Shown: piece by piece, positions 53,960 through 63,514 of the stretch
Position numbering within the stretch: the first letter of the stretch is position 1
How the letters are laid out: each line of letters starts with the position of its first letter
From: Candidatus Pacearchaeota archaeon
GTDB lineage: Archaea; Nanobdellota; Nanobdellia; Pacearchaeales; DTIR01
Direction of reading: 5' to 3'
DNA length: 64,000 bases
Assembly (NCBI GenBank): GCA_018303805.1
Contig: JAGVXL010000001.1
Location: 433,528-497,527 of the forward strand
Program-made: the position numbers and the translations under genes
The notes under the pieces: generated by a model
The model's input: only the letters and a program-made list of their open reading frames with translations
Databases searched by the model: none
What the model was told of the DNA's origin: nothing

Positions 53960-54853
53960 TCAGCCAAACAACCCAACAAGAAATATAAGCAGGTTTGCAA
54001 AGAAGCTTATCAGCAATGCAATGAGAAAAACAGGCACAAAAGGCAGCCCTTGTTTTATTCTGATATTTTTGATTTTTGCTCTTTTTATCAATGCTATTTC
54101 TTTATTGTTCAGGCCTTCCCATTTAGGCATTATAACTGCCCTGCCTGCCTTGATGGGCTTGAACAGCCAATCACCCTCTGTCAGTTCATTTGGCTTAACA
54201 TCTTTGATCATGCAGGAGTTTTCAACTGCTTTCACAAAGATTAATAGATAAGGGAAAAAAAGGAACATCGCAGAAATCACCGCTAATATCGCCTCTCTGC
54301 TTGAAAGGGCAGCTATAGCAAAAAGGACAAAAAGCACAAGGAAAAGGATTTTTTTCTGTTTCATTTTTCTGCTTATAATTTTAAACTCTCTTTTGAATCC
54401 CTTAAAATGCCTTATAGCAAGGGCAACACTCCATACAATGCCATAAATCGAGCCAATAAACAGCATATTAAGCAGAAAAACCCCCATAAAAGGGATGTTT
54501 ATGTTTCCAAGCATTGTTATCCCTGCCTTGTTTGCAATAAATTGTGGTGTTGTTGCGAATGCAGCTGCCAATGCTATAAGCAGTTTTGCATCGCCTCCTG
54601 CAAAAATCCTCGCATAATAGAAAACATTGGCAATACCAAAAAACAAGGCAGCTGCGGCAACACCATAAATAAAATAAGATGCCTGCCATGAAATAACAGA
54701 GGCAATTGCCCTTGCAGCAAGGGCAATTGCAATAAGGGAGAAATTAAGCCAGTTTGCAACCTCTCTTTTCCTGATGTCCTGTATTGTTGCAGCAACAAGC
54801 CAGGCAGCAGCTATAGAAGCAAGGATAATATCTGCGAGCAAAAAGATTTCCAT
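53960..54853 (-). CDS. A24-family prepilin/preflagellin peptidase
   Basis: Two catalytic Asp contexts, IQDIRKREVANW and GGDAKLL; polytopic. Confidence 0.8.
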   Translation of the reverse strand: MEIFLLADIILASIAAAWLVAATIQDIRKREVANWLNFSLIAIALAARAIASVISWQASYFIYGVAAAALFFGIANVFYYARIFAGGDAKLLIALAAAFATTPQFIANKAGITMLGNINIPFMGVFLLNMLFIGSIYGIVWSVALAIRHFKGFKREFKIISRKMKQKKILFLVLFVLFAIAALSSREAILAVISAMFLFFPYLLIFVKAVENSCMIKDVKPNELTEGDWLFKPIKAGRAVIMPKWEGLNNKEIALIKRAKIKNIRIKQGLPFVPVFLIALLISFFANLLIFLVGLFG

Positions 54854-54903
54854 AAACTGTTTTATCTGAATAGATTTATAAGTATTTCTGAATTTTTAAT
54901 CTC

Positions 54904-56004
54904 ATGAAACCTGGAAAGAAAAAAGTGATAGTAGTGGGGGGCAGCATTTCTGGCTTGGCAGCTGCATGCCTGTTAAGCAAAAAAATGGATGTTTCAGTGA
55001 TAGAGCAAAAGCCAAAAGAAGAAATAGGCAATAAGGTTTGCGCAAATGTTGTAACCTCTACATTCCTTGATTTGGCAAGAAAGCTGGGGATAAACCCTAA
55101 AGAAATAACCTTAAAAAAATTTTCCTTGGCTAAGTTTTGCTCAGAAAGCAATTCTGTTGATATGCCTGTTGAGGATTATGAAATCAACAGAAAAAAATTT
55201 GTTGGATTGCTGGTTGAGAAGGCAGTAAGCAATGGCGTTGAATTCCATTTTAAAACAAGATTTACTGGACTGCAAAAAATCTATAGAAGATATGGGGTTG
55301 TTTTTGAGAACAACAGCAAAAAAACCATGGAAACTGCAGATTTTGTTATAGGGGCAGATGGCGCATTAAGCGAAGTTGCAAGGAAGGCCGGCTTGTGGCA
55401 GAACAGGAAATTCTGGCTTGCAATGCAGTCAAGAGTTTTCAAGATAGAAAGAAAAATCTTCCCTGGAAGCTACGAAATTTTCTTCATTAAAAAATTTGGC
55501 TATTACGGCTATATCTTCCCTTCAAAATCAAATGGGTATATTGTCGGAGTTGTTGCATCTCCTCAAGATGCAAAGAAAAATTTCAGCCAATTCAGGAAAT
55601 CTCTGAAAATTAAGAAATGCGATACAAATGCTGCATTAATTCCCCTGCCAAAGGCAATCAAAGCACAAAAAGGAAACATTTTTCTTGCAGGAGATGCGGC
55701 ATGCCAGGTTAAATTTACAGGAGGGGGCATAATCCCCGCAATAGAATCAGCATTTGCACTGCACGATTTAATCCTACAAAAAAACAGCGTAAAATCATGC
55801 AGGCTTAAAAGAGAAATCCTTCTGCATGAGCTTGTAACTAAGGTTCTTTCAAAGCTAAACGCTGAAGATTTTGGCATGCTCTTTGAAACCGCAAAAAAAA
55901 CCGGGAGAGATGCAGCAAAATCCAGGGATAAGCTAAGCAAATGGGCTGTAAGAGTGGTATTAAGAAACCCCAAATTGCTGAAATTCCTGCCCAAGCTCTT
56001 ATGA
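54904..56004 (+). CDS. Geranylgeranyl reductase-family flavoprotein
   Basis: FAD fold VIVVGGSISGLAAA; GADGALS; LAGDAA. Confidence 0.75.
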   Translation: MKPGKKKVIVVGGSISGLAAACLLSKKMDVSVIEQKPKEEIGNKVCANVVTSTFLDLARKLGINPKEITLKKFSLAKFCSESNSVDMPVEDYEINRKKFVGLLVEKAVSNGVEFHFKTRFTGLQKIYRRYGVVFENNSKKTMETADFVIGADGALSEVARKAGLWQNRKFWLAMQSRVFKIERKIFPGSYEIFFIKKFGYYGYIFPSKSNGYIVGVVASPQDAKKNFSQFRKSLKIKKCDTNAALIPLPKAIKAQKGNIFLAGDAACQVKFTGGGIIPAIESAFALHDLILQKNSVKSCRLKREILLHELVTKVLSKLNAEDFGMLFETAKKTGRDAAKSRDKLSKWAVRVVLRNPKLLKFLPKLL

Positions 56005-56006
56005 TG

Positions 56007-56026
56007 CAGCTTGCCGCGGCAAGCTG
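56007..56026. terminator. 20-bp perfect GC-rich palindrome just after the stop codon
   Basis: CAGCTTGCCGCGGCAAGCTG. Confidence 0.4.
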
Positions 56027-56218
56027 ATGCATCTCAAATGCCCGCCTTTCTTATAAACCCTCAATCTTCTTTTCTTTTTTAGATGCTTCTTGCTTTTTCT
56101 CTGTTCAGGAATGCCATAATCTACCATTTTAAATTGGAATGCACAGCCGTTTATTTAGTTTTCGCCTTGCTGCAAAACGAAAAGGTTATATACTAAACTG
56201 CTATCCAGAAAGTAGAAA

Positions 56219-57340
56219 ATGTGGAACAAAAATGCACAGGCAGCTGCGGCAATAATCATTGTAGCAGTACTTCTTTTGGGTTATCTCATCCTGATGCCTC
56301 CAAAGGATAAATGCCAGATTTTTCCAGACTCCCAATCATGCAAAAATGCAACAGAGATAGAAGGCAAAACACTCCTGCTTTCTGAAACTCCGGGATTATT
56401 GCAGCCAATTGAGGAGTCAGCAGAATATAAAATCAGCGCCATAGATTTATTTAATAGGGAAAACACAGAAGTGCCGGTAAAGCTGGATGCAGAGGCAGTA
56501 ATTGAGAAATCATGGTTCAATTCCAAAACAATTGAGGAGGAATTTATTGTGCCAGGCAGGGCAATTAAGGTTACGTTATTCCTTGGCATAAGCGAAGCAA
56601 GCGAATTGGCAGCACTTTCTGTCATATTAAATGGTAAGATCATAACCCGGGTTGTGGGGCCAGGGGTGCATGTCATAGATTTGCCTGAATCAAAAATAAA
56701 ACACACAAACACATTGAAACTTGCGGCATCAATCCCCCTGTTGCCTGGCAATCTAAACAAATTTAGAATAGGCTCTTTAATGCTCAAGCAGAGATACTCC
56801 CTGACACAGCCAGAAATAGGCAGAAGCTTTGTGATAGAGCAGGATTCTAATGATATCAGCTCAGCAGAACTAAAATTCGATGCTGACTGCTATTCAAGCG
56901 ATGCCTTGCAAGTCCAGCTTAATGACAAGCCGGTGCTAAATGAAAAGATCTGCACAGGCTTTACAGGCAGTGTAAAAGGAATGCTTGCAAAGGACAATGA
57001 GATTACATTTTCAAGCGATGGAAATTATTTCATAGACAACATAAGATTGAAAGTTAAATTCAAGCAAAGGGATTATACAACCTATTATTTTGCGATAGAC
57101 AAGGACAACTACGACAAAATTTCAGAGGGGAAGGTTCTTGCAATGCTTGCATTGAGATTTCCTGACACAGAGCATAAAGAAATTACAATATACGTCAACG
57201 GCAATCCTGTGAATATAGACACAGAAAAGGTTGACTATAAGACCTCCATTAGCAGATTGCTGCTGAAAGGACAGAACAGCATAAAGGTTGTGCCTGACAC
57301 CAAAGTCAGCATAGGCAAGATAGAGGTTAATCTTGAGTAA
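56219..57340 (+). CDS. Secreted protein with prepilin-like N-terminus
   Basis: MWNKNA/QAAAAIIIVAVLLLGYLIL, the same KNA/Q context as the gene at 47280. Confidence 0.5.
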   Translation: MWNKNAQAAAAIIIVAVLLLGYLILMPPKDKCQIFPDSQSCKNATEIEGKTLLLSETPGLLQPIEESAEYKISAIDLFNRENTEVPVKLDAEAVIEKSWFNSKTIEEEFIVPGRAIKVTLFLGISEASELAALSVILNGKIITRVVGPGVHVIDLPESKIKHTNTLKLAASIPLLPGNLNKFRIGSLMLKQRYSLTQPEIGRSFVIEQDSNDISSAELKFDADCYSSDALQVQLNDKPVLNEKICTGFTGSVKGMLAKDNEITFSSDGNYFIDNIRLKVKFKQRDYTTYYFAIDKDNYDKISEGKVLAMLALRFPDTEHKEITIYVNGNPVNIDTEKVDYKTSISRLLLKGQNSIKVVPDTKVSIGKIEVNLE

Positions 57341-57353
57341 ATTTTTATAAAGA

Positions 57354-57617
57354 TTAAATTGGCTTTATTTCCTTTAAAATTCTTACTCCTTTTTGTGTAA
57401 GAGCATAAATTCTTCCCTTTCTTAGTTCGGGATTGAGGCATTTTATCAATCCCATCTTAACCAACTCGTTTAAAATAGTGCTTATATGGTAAATTCTTAT
57501 TGATGTCGCTCTGGACATCTCAGTAGGCGTTTTATGCCCCCCGCTTAAGGAAGTTAAAATGCTTTTTCTGTAAGAACTGGAATTTATTTTACCAATAAGG
57601 TTCCATTTTGTTACCAT
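57354..57617 (-). CDS. Small wHTH transcriptional regulator
   Basis: ...YRKSILTSLSGGHKTPTEMSRATSIRIYHISTILNELVKMGLI... Confidence 0.55.
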   Translation of the reverse strand: MVTKWNLIGKINSSSYRKSILTSLSGGHKTPTEMSRATSIRIYHISTILNELVKMGLIKCLNPELRKGRIYALTQKGVRILKEIKPI

Positions 57618-57728
57618 CTATTTAACGGGAATATGCTTTAATAAAATTTAGTCACTAATTATTAACAATTTGTTACCCAAATATTTAAATACGAAAAAGG
57701 GGTGCTAAAAGATGGGAAAGGGGGCAAG

Positions 57729-58508
57729 ATGAAATTCAGAAAAGATATTCTCTTTAATGTTATTACCCTTTTTTTTATAATCTCGTCACCAATTGTGTTT
57801 ATACTTGCAGCTATACCCTTTATTATAATTGGGCTGTATCTTATATTATGGAATTCTTACAGAACTGAGAAAGTGGAAAGCTTAAATGAAACTGGAAAAA
57901 GAGAAAATTACACAAATACCCGTTCAAGAGACATTACTCCGATATTCAAAAAGTTAATCCCTCCCGATGCTTCTTCCTGCCTTGACATAGGGGCAGGGAG
58001 GTATATGAGCAGTCACTTTATGAAATGTTTTTTTAAGAAATATGTGTGCTTAGATATTTACAATGCAGACATAGAACAGGACTTAAACATAAAAAAGGAA
58101 ATTAACCTTCCAGATAACTCTATTGACATTGTAATAGCCTCAAACATACTGGAGCATCTTGTTGACCCTATGCCAATTGCCCTTGAAGCTAACAGGATTT
58201 CAAAGAAATACCTTATCATAGGGCTACCAAATGAGTATCCCCTTGATGAAAGATTGCTCATACTTTTTGGAATATACCATGACAAGATTTATCCATGGGG
58301 GCACAAGCACAGATTGTCCATCAAGTCAAACAATGAACTAATCTCTTCACTATGGGGAAAATATGAAAAAAGGATTTATAAATTTCAGTTCATTGGGGCA
58401 AGGTTCATACCAAACACAATAAAGCAGATGCTTATGGAAATCTTCCCTTCCCTCTTTGTTGGAGAGGTATTTTATCTTGTCAGAAAAAAAGATATTCCAC
58501 CAACATAG
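57729..58508 (+). CDS. Class I SAM-dependent methyltransferase with N-terminal TM hairpin
   Basis: Motif I CLDIGAGR and post-I/II region VIASNILEHL. ATG at 57729 (the track starts at GTG 57702). Confidence 0.65.
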   Translation: MKFRKDILFNVITLFFIISSPIVFILAAIPFIIIGLYLILWNSYRTEKVESLNETGKRENYTNTRSRDITPIFKKLIPPDASSCLDIGAGRYMSSHFMKCFFKKYVCLDIYNADIEQDLNIKKEINLPDNSIDIVIASNILEHLVDPMPIALEANRISKKYLIIGLPNEYPLDERLLILFGIYHDKIYPWGHKHRLSIKSNNELISSLWGKYEKRIYKFQFIGARFIPNTIKQMLMEIFPSLFVGEVFYLVRKKDIPPT

Positions 58509-58659
58509 AAGAAAGTGATAAAGTTAAACTTTTAGACAAATCCATAGATGACCTAGGGAAATTGATTTAACCCCAACAGGAGACGGCTAAAATCATCTCC
58601 CGATTATGCGACACCTCTCTCTTGCATAAATATAAAAATCATTTTTCTTTTTCTTTCTG

Positions 58660-59819
58660 ATGAATAAGGAGATTATAGCTGACTTGCACATCCACAGCAG
58701 ATACTCTCGGGCAACATCCAAGAATATCACCATGGAGATGCTTGTGAAGTATGCGAGAATAAAAGGGCTTCATTTGCTAGGGACAGGGGATTTTACGCAT
58801 CCTGCATGGATTGAAGAAATAAAAACCTTAAGGGAAGAGAATGGGATTTATTATCATGATGATTTCCCTTTCATAATCACCGGAGAAGTCTCTTTGATGT
58901 ACAGCCAGGATGGAAAAGGAAGGAGAGTCCATCTATTAATTCTTGTTCCAAATTTAGAAATCGCAAAAAAAATCAACGAGTGGCTTGATACTAAAGGCAG
59001 GAGGGACTATGATGGTAGGCCTATCTTTAATATTTCCTGCAGAGATTTTGCTGCAAAAATAGAGGAAATAGACAATAAGATTGAAGTCATATGTGCCCAT
59101 GCTTGGACTCCCTACTTTGGAATCTTCGGCAGCATGTCTGGGTTTGACAGTTTGAAAGAGGCATTTCAAGAGCATACACAAAAAATTCATGCAATTGAAA
59201 CAAAACAATCGTAAGCTTCTCAGATGCTCATTCCTTCTGGCCTTGGCGTTTAGGAAGAGAAGCAACAATCTTTGGTCTAAAAGCAGATAATCTAAAATAT
59301 GAAAGCATAATAAATCAGATAAGAAATGATGAAATTCTTGGGACAATTGAAACCTCTCCCTTGTATGGCAAATACCATTGGGATGGCCATGCAGGATGCA
59401 ATTTTTCATGCTCCCCAGAAGAAGCTTTGAAATTAAACAATATATGCCCTGTTTGCAATAAAAAGCTGACAATAGGTGTAGAGCATCGAGTTGAAGAACT
59501 GGCAGACCAAGACACAAATTCAAGAAAAAATAGAAAGCAATTTTACACTCTTTTGCCTCTGCATGAGCTGATAGCCGCATCAATGGCTTCAACATTAACA
59601 AGCCAGAAAACATGGAACCTGTATAACAAGCTGATAGCAGAGTTTGGCTCTGAATTTAATTTGCTGTTGAATGCAGCTAAAGAAAAGATAGCAAAAATAG
59701 ACGAGAAGATTGCAGAAGTTATAATCCAGAATAGAGATGGCAGAATCAGGGTAAAACCTGGATTTGACGGACAGTACGGAGAAGTAATACTTCAGGAAAA
59801 GCAGACAAAATTATTGTAA
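58660..59819 (+). pseudogene. endoQ: Endonuclease Q (PHP-domain) gene interrupted by a frameshift
   Basis: Frame A 58660..59214 reads ADLHIHSRYSRATSK...CAHAWTP...IHAIETKQS*. Frame B is open from 59199 and reads ...SFSDAHSFWPWRLGREATIF...GKYHWDGH...CPVCNKKLTIGVEHRVEELAD...PGFDGQYGEV. Confidence 0.7.
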
Positions 59820-59926
59820 ATTTTTTCTTATAAACTTCTGCCCTGCCGGCTCTGTTTTGGCATGGCATTTATCACAGGAATCTTTTAAGGTATATCTGGA
59901 ACAGGCGGGGCATTTTCTTAATTTTT

Positions 59927-60667
59927 TCATCTTTCAGAAATCTCAATCTCACACTCCTTTTCTTCTGCTTGTTCTTCCATTACCTTCAAAACCCCGTCAA
60001 GCTTCCTTTTTGCTTCCTTGTAGTCGGGAGCAGTTATCAATACAGAATAATTTGGCGCGGAGATATAGCTGATTTTTGCATCCTTGTCTGATTTTGCGGC
60101 TTTGGCAAAAATCTCTTTTATCTTTAAAATCCCCTCTCCATCCTGGCTGCTTAGCTTAAATTTTGCCTTGATTGAAACAATCTTTTTTGGTTTATCGCTC
60201 AATATTTTCACAATCTGCTCTTTTTCTGTTTTTCCCAATCCAAAAGGCTCTGTATTTATGTTTTTGATATTTTGCATAAATTCCACCAGGCTGGGATATT
60301 CCCCAGCTATTTTCTCTGCTATCTCCTCTGCCTTTTCTTTTACAATGGTTCTCAGCATTGCTAAAGCATCCCTCTCCCGGTTTTCTAGGTCAAGCATGTC
60401 CTCTTTCTCCTTTTTAATTACTCTTCTCAAAGATAAGTCAACATGCCCAGTTTTCTCATCCACCCTTAAAATCTTGCATACTATCCTCTTGCCGACATTT
60501 ACATGATCCCGGATATTCCTTATTCTGCCGGGCGCGACTTCAGATGTTGCGATTACCCCCTCTTTGTTGCCGTATTTTGGCATTCTTACAAAGACGGTTG
60601 TGCCTAGAATCCTGTCTACATTGCATAAGACAATTTCATTCTGTTCAGGAAATTCTTTCTTTTCCAT
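59927..60667 (-). CDS. eif2a: Translation initiation factor aIF2 alpha
   Basis: S1 domain EIVLCNVDRILGTTVFVRM...GVIATSEVAPGRIRNIRDHV...VDLSLRRV. The start at 60667 avoids overlapping S27e. Confidence 0.88.
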   Translation of the reverse strand: MEKKEFPEQNEIVLCNVDRILGTTVFVRMPKYGNKEGVIATSEVAPGRIRNIRDHVNVGKRIVCKILRVDEKTGHVDLSLRRVIKKEKEDMLDLENRERDALAMLRTIVKEKAEEIAEKIAGEYPSLVEFMQNIKNINTEPFGLGKTEKEQIVKILSDKPKKIVSIKAKFKLSSQDGEGILKIKEIFAKAAKSDKDAKISYISAPNYSVLITAPDYKEAKRKLDGVLKVMEEQAEEKECEIEISER

Positions 60668-60684
60668 TTTAACTACAGAGAAAT

Positions 60685-60873
60685 TTAGCTTAGAATCTCT
60701 AAAATTCTTCCTTTTATCTTCGCCTTGCCTCCGCTTGGCTCTGAAAGAGTCTGGTTGCATATGAGGCATTTAACCTCGCTGGAAGCCTTGCCAAATATAA
60801 CCTGTTCATTCTTGCAGCCAGAACATCTAACTTTCACAAACTTGCTTTTGGATATATCTAATTTCTGTTGCAT
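60685..60873 (-). CDS. rps27e: Ribosomal protein eS27 (S27e)
   Basis: Zinc ribbon CSGCKNEQVIFGKASSEVKCLICN; 62 aa. Confidence 0.9.
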   Translation of the reverse strand: MQQKLDISKSKFVKVRCSGCKNEQVIFGKASSEVKCLICNQTLSEPSGGKAKIKGRILEILS

Positions 60874-60905
60874 TTTGTAACTTCCTTATCTTGTTAGCAG
60901 TATTT

Positions 60906-62273
60906 TTAAACCTTTATTTTTATCTGTTCTGCTTCTGCTTCTTTTTCAAATTCTTTTATAAAATCGTATTCCTTATCTCTTGGGAATATGCAGCCGGCAG
61001 CTTTTGCATGCCCGCCAGACTCGCCCCCGGTTATCTTGACAACGTTATCAAGCAGCTTCTGTAGATTAACTGCATTGTTCTCTCTTCCGGCTATCCTTGC
61101 AGACACTTTTATCTTATTTCCACCTTGGTATGCCATCCCCATAAGGATAGTGCCTTCATCATAAATAAAAGAAGAGGAGATTATGCTGAGGGTTGTCCCT
61201 ATAATTGAATCACTGATGGCGTCTTTTGCGTTTATTATCAGATATCCCTTTCCCCCAGTATGCTTGTTATTTTCAACCCATTTTAACGCCTTTAACAAAT
61301 CATGTTTGTATTTTGTGTAGATTTCCTCTGCTTTTGTTTTTGCCTCTCTGCTGCCCAGGCAAAAGGATAATGCGATATCACTGTAGCCAAGCCTGCCGCA
61401 TGCATTTATCAACGTGCTTAATTCCCTTACATCTTCAACTCTGCCAAAGAATTTCAGGAGGTAGATATTGCCGATTATGCTTTTCTCCTTCTCCTTTGTT
61501 AGATGTAGCCTCCTCAGCATGATGGTGGTTATCAATCTTGAAACCTCCTCATTGCTTAACTCAAGCATATTAGGATATCTACCGTTAAGCAATTGGATTC
61601 CTGTTTCCCTAAGCAAATCTATAGTGCCTGCAGCTGAACCGCTCACCCCCGGAATGAATATATCTGAGCTGAATTCCAGTGCCTTGTTTAACGGGCGCGC
61701 AGCAGAGAATATAAGCAAGCCCTGTTTTATTGTCAAATCAGAGGCATCTTTTAGGATGTGATTATTCATCTTGCTTATGCTCTGTTCAAGCATATCCCCT
61801 ACCATGCCGATTATTGCCAAGCCAGCCAGATCCTTGTTTGTTGGGTTAAGCAGCTTGACAAACAGATAAACAAGCCCGGCAGCGCTTACCTCTTCATTAA
61901 ACATATGAGGATTTATAAAATGCAATTTTTTCTGATTTAAATTTTCCAGGCTGCCTTTTATTTCATGATGGTCAAATACAAAAATATCCGCAGGAATCTC
62001 TGAAAGCAGTTCAAGGGAAGCAGAGCCCAAATCCAGAAAAATAATCATTTCCTTCCTGTTTTTGCAGATACTTTTTTTTAACTGCTCTATAAAACTGCTT
62101 TCAAGCTGCTTGACTATAGTTATAGAAAAGTTCCTGTCTTCCCGCTGCAATGCCTTTGCAAGAATTGCAGCAGAGGTTATGCCATCACTATCATAGTGGC
62201 TGATTATCCTTACCCTGGAATTGTTGATTGATTCCCTAAAATCTAAGAGGATACTTTCAAGTGCCTTAAACAT
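60906..62273 (-). CDS. recJ: DHH-family RecJ/Cdc45-like (GAN-like) protein
   Basis: DSDGITSA, FDHH, DHHA1-like GGHAKAAG. ATG at 62273 avoids overlapping S15. Confidence 0.75.
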   Translation of the reverse strand: MFKALESILLDFRESINNSRVRIISHYDSDGITSAAILAKALQREDRNFSITIVKQLESSFIEQLKKSICKNRKEMIIFLDLGSASLELLSEIPADIFVFDHHEIKGSLENLNQKKLHFINPHMFNEEVSAAGLVYLFVKLLNPTNKDLAGLAIIGMVGDMLEQSISKMNNHILKDASDLTIKQGLLIFSAARPLNKALEFSSDIFIPGVSGSAAGTIDLLRETGIQLLNGRYPNMLELSNEEVSRLITTIMLRRLHLTKEKEKSIIGNIYLLKFFGRVEDVRELSTLINACGRLGYSDIALSFCLGSREAKTKAEEIYTKYKHDLLKALKWVENNKHTGGKGYLIINAKDAISDSIIGTTLSIISSSFIYDEGTILMGMAYQGGNKIKVSARIAGRENNAVNLQKLLDNVVKITGGESGGHAKAAGCIFPRDKEYDFIKEFEKEAEAEQIKIKV

Positions 62274-62298
62274 TTTGAATAAAAGCAGGCAAGATTGA

Positions 62299-62664
62299 TT
62301 ATTTTGCTCTGTTCTTGTAATACTTTTCAACTGTAGTTATCTTTGCGTGGGTTATCTGGAAGCCCCTTTTTGCAACCTTGTCTTGTTTGTTTTTTTCCAT
62401 ATGAGATTTTAACTTTTCCGCCTTTTTCTTTAAGTTTAAAAGGTCAGCACTTTCCTGTTTGATGTTGTGTTTTGCAAGAATTTCTGTTATCTTGCCGGCA
62501 ATTATCTTTGTGGTGGGTATGCCATAGGTGTCTCTTAATATAAGCCCTATCTTTTCGCTGCTGATTCCCTCCTGGGCAAATTTCACAACTAGTGATTCAA
62601 CCTCCTCTTTGCTTCTCTTTAGCCAGAGTGGATTTTCCATGCTGTTTATTTTTCTTGAATTCAT
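62299..62664 (-). CDS. rps15: Ribosomal protein uS15
   Basis: ...ISSEKIGLILRDTYGIPT...KKAEKLKSHMEKNKQDKVAKRGFQITHAKI. Confidence 0.88.
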   Translation of the reverse strand: MNSRKINSMENPLWLKRSKEEVESLVVKFAQEGISSEKIGLILRDTYGIPTTKIIAGKITEILAKHNIKQESADLLNLKKKAEKLKSHMEKNKQDKVAKRGFQITHAKITTVEKYYKNRAK

Positions 62665-62722
62665 CCCAATATCTAAAAGATTTCTTTTTTAAACCTTTCC
62701 CTTAAAATTAAACTTTAAAAGA

Positions 62723-62832
62723 TAGCCCCACCAGGATTCGAACCTGGGTCTATGCCTTTCTTCATCGGAAACCAAGGTTTCCGATACCTTCCTTCCAAAG
62801 GGCATCATACTGGACCGCTGTACTATGGGGCT
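62723..62832 (-). tRNA. tRNA-Gln (anticodon TTG) with 37-nt intron
   Basis: Hand fold: acceptor AGCCCCA/TGGGGCT; anticodon stem ATGCC/GGCAT with loop CTTTGG + intron holding hairpin TATCGGAAACC/GGTTTCCGATG; T arm CCAGG-TTCGAAT-CCTGG. Confidence 0.8.
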
Positions 62833-62877
62833 ATAACAAAAAAATGCCGGAATAATTTATAATCTTTTGCCTTTTGC

Positions 62878-63489
62878 TTAATGCTTGCCCTTGTATCTGC
62901 CCCTTGACTCCACTTTTGCTATCTGTTTCAAAACTGCATCTGCATTTTTGGAAATTTTATACCCCTCAATCGCAGAATTGAAATAATCTTCCCATTTTCC
63001 AAAATGCCTTGACTCAAAAGCCTGCCTGAATAAATGCAAATCAACAGCCTTGTCCTCAATTTTTGAACTTTCAAAGCCCAAGCCAAAATCAATGAAAAAG
63101 ATTTTGCCTTCCTGCAGAATCATATTGCTTGTTGTCAAGTCCCCATGGATTATGTTTGCGTCATGAAGTTTTGCTGCTGAACTCCCGATTTGCATGCAGA
63201 GTTTTTTTGCCTCTTCCAAACTGAAGGAGTCAAGCGCCTCGCTTAATTTTTTGCCGTTAATAAAATCCATCACAATCTCTTTTGTTTCGTCATCACTCTT
63301 TATAATTTTTGGAACATTAACAAGCCTTGACGCCTTTTCAAGCAGTTTAGCCTCTTTTCTTGTCCTTGTTTTTCTTAATTTTTCATCCAATTCATGATAT
63401 CGGTAGCCTTTCCTGATTCTTTTCTTGATTAGCCTGCCGTCTTTTCTGAGAAGAAGCGCCTCTGCACCCAAGCCGATAATTTTTTCCAT
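62878..63489 (-). CDS. bud32: Bud32/PRPK kinase (KEOPS subunit)
   Basis: IIHGDLTTSNMIL and IDFGL motifs; 203 aa. Confidence 0.85.
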   Translation of the reverse strand: MEKIIGLGAEALLLRKDGRLIKKRIRKGYRYHELDEKLRKTRTRKEAKLLEKASRLVNVPKIIKSDDETKEIVMDFINGKKLSEALDSFSLEEAKKLCMQIGSSAAKLHDANIIHGDLTTSNMILQEGKIFFIDFGLGFESSKIEDKAVDLHLFRQAFESRHFGKWEDYFNSAIEGYKISKNADAVLKQIAKVESRGRYKGKH

Positions 63490-63514
63490 TTTAATTAAAA
63501 AATAATCAAAAAAT

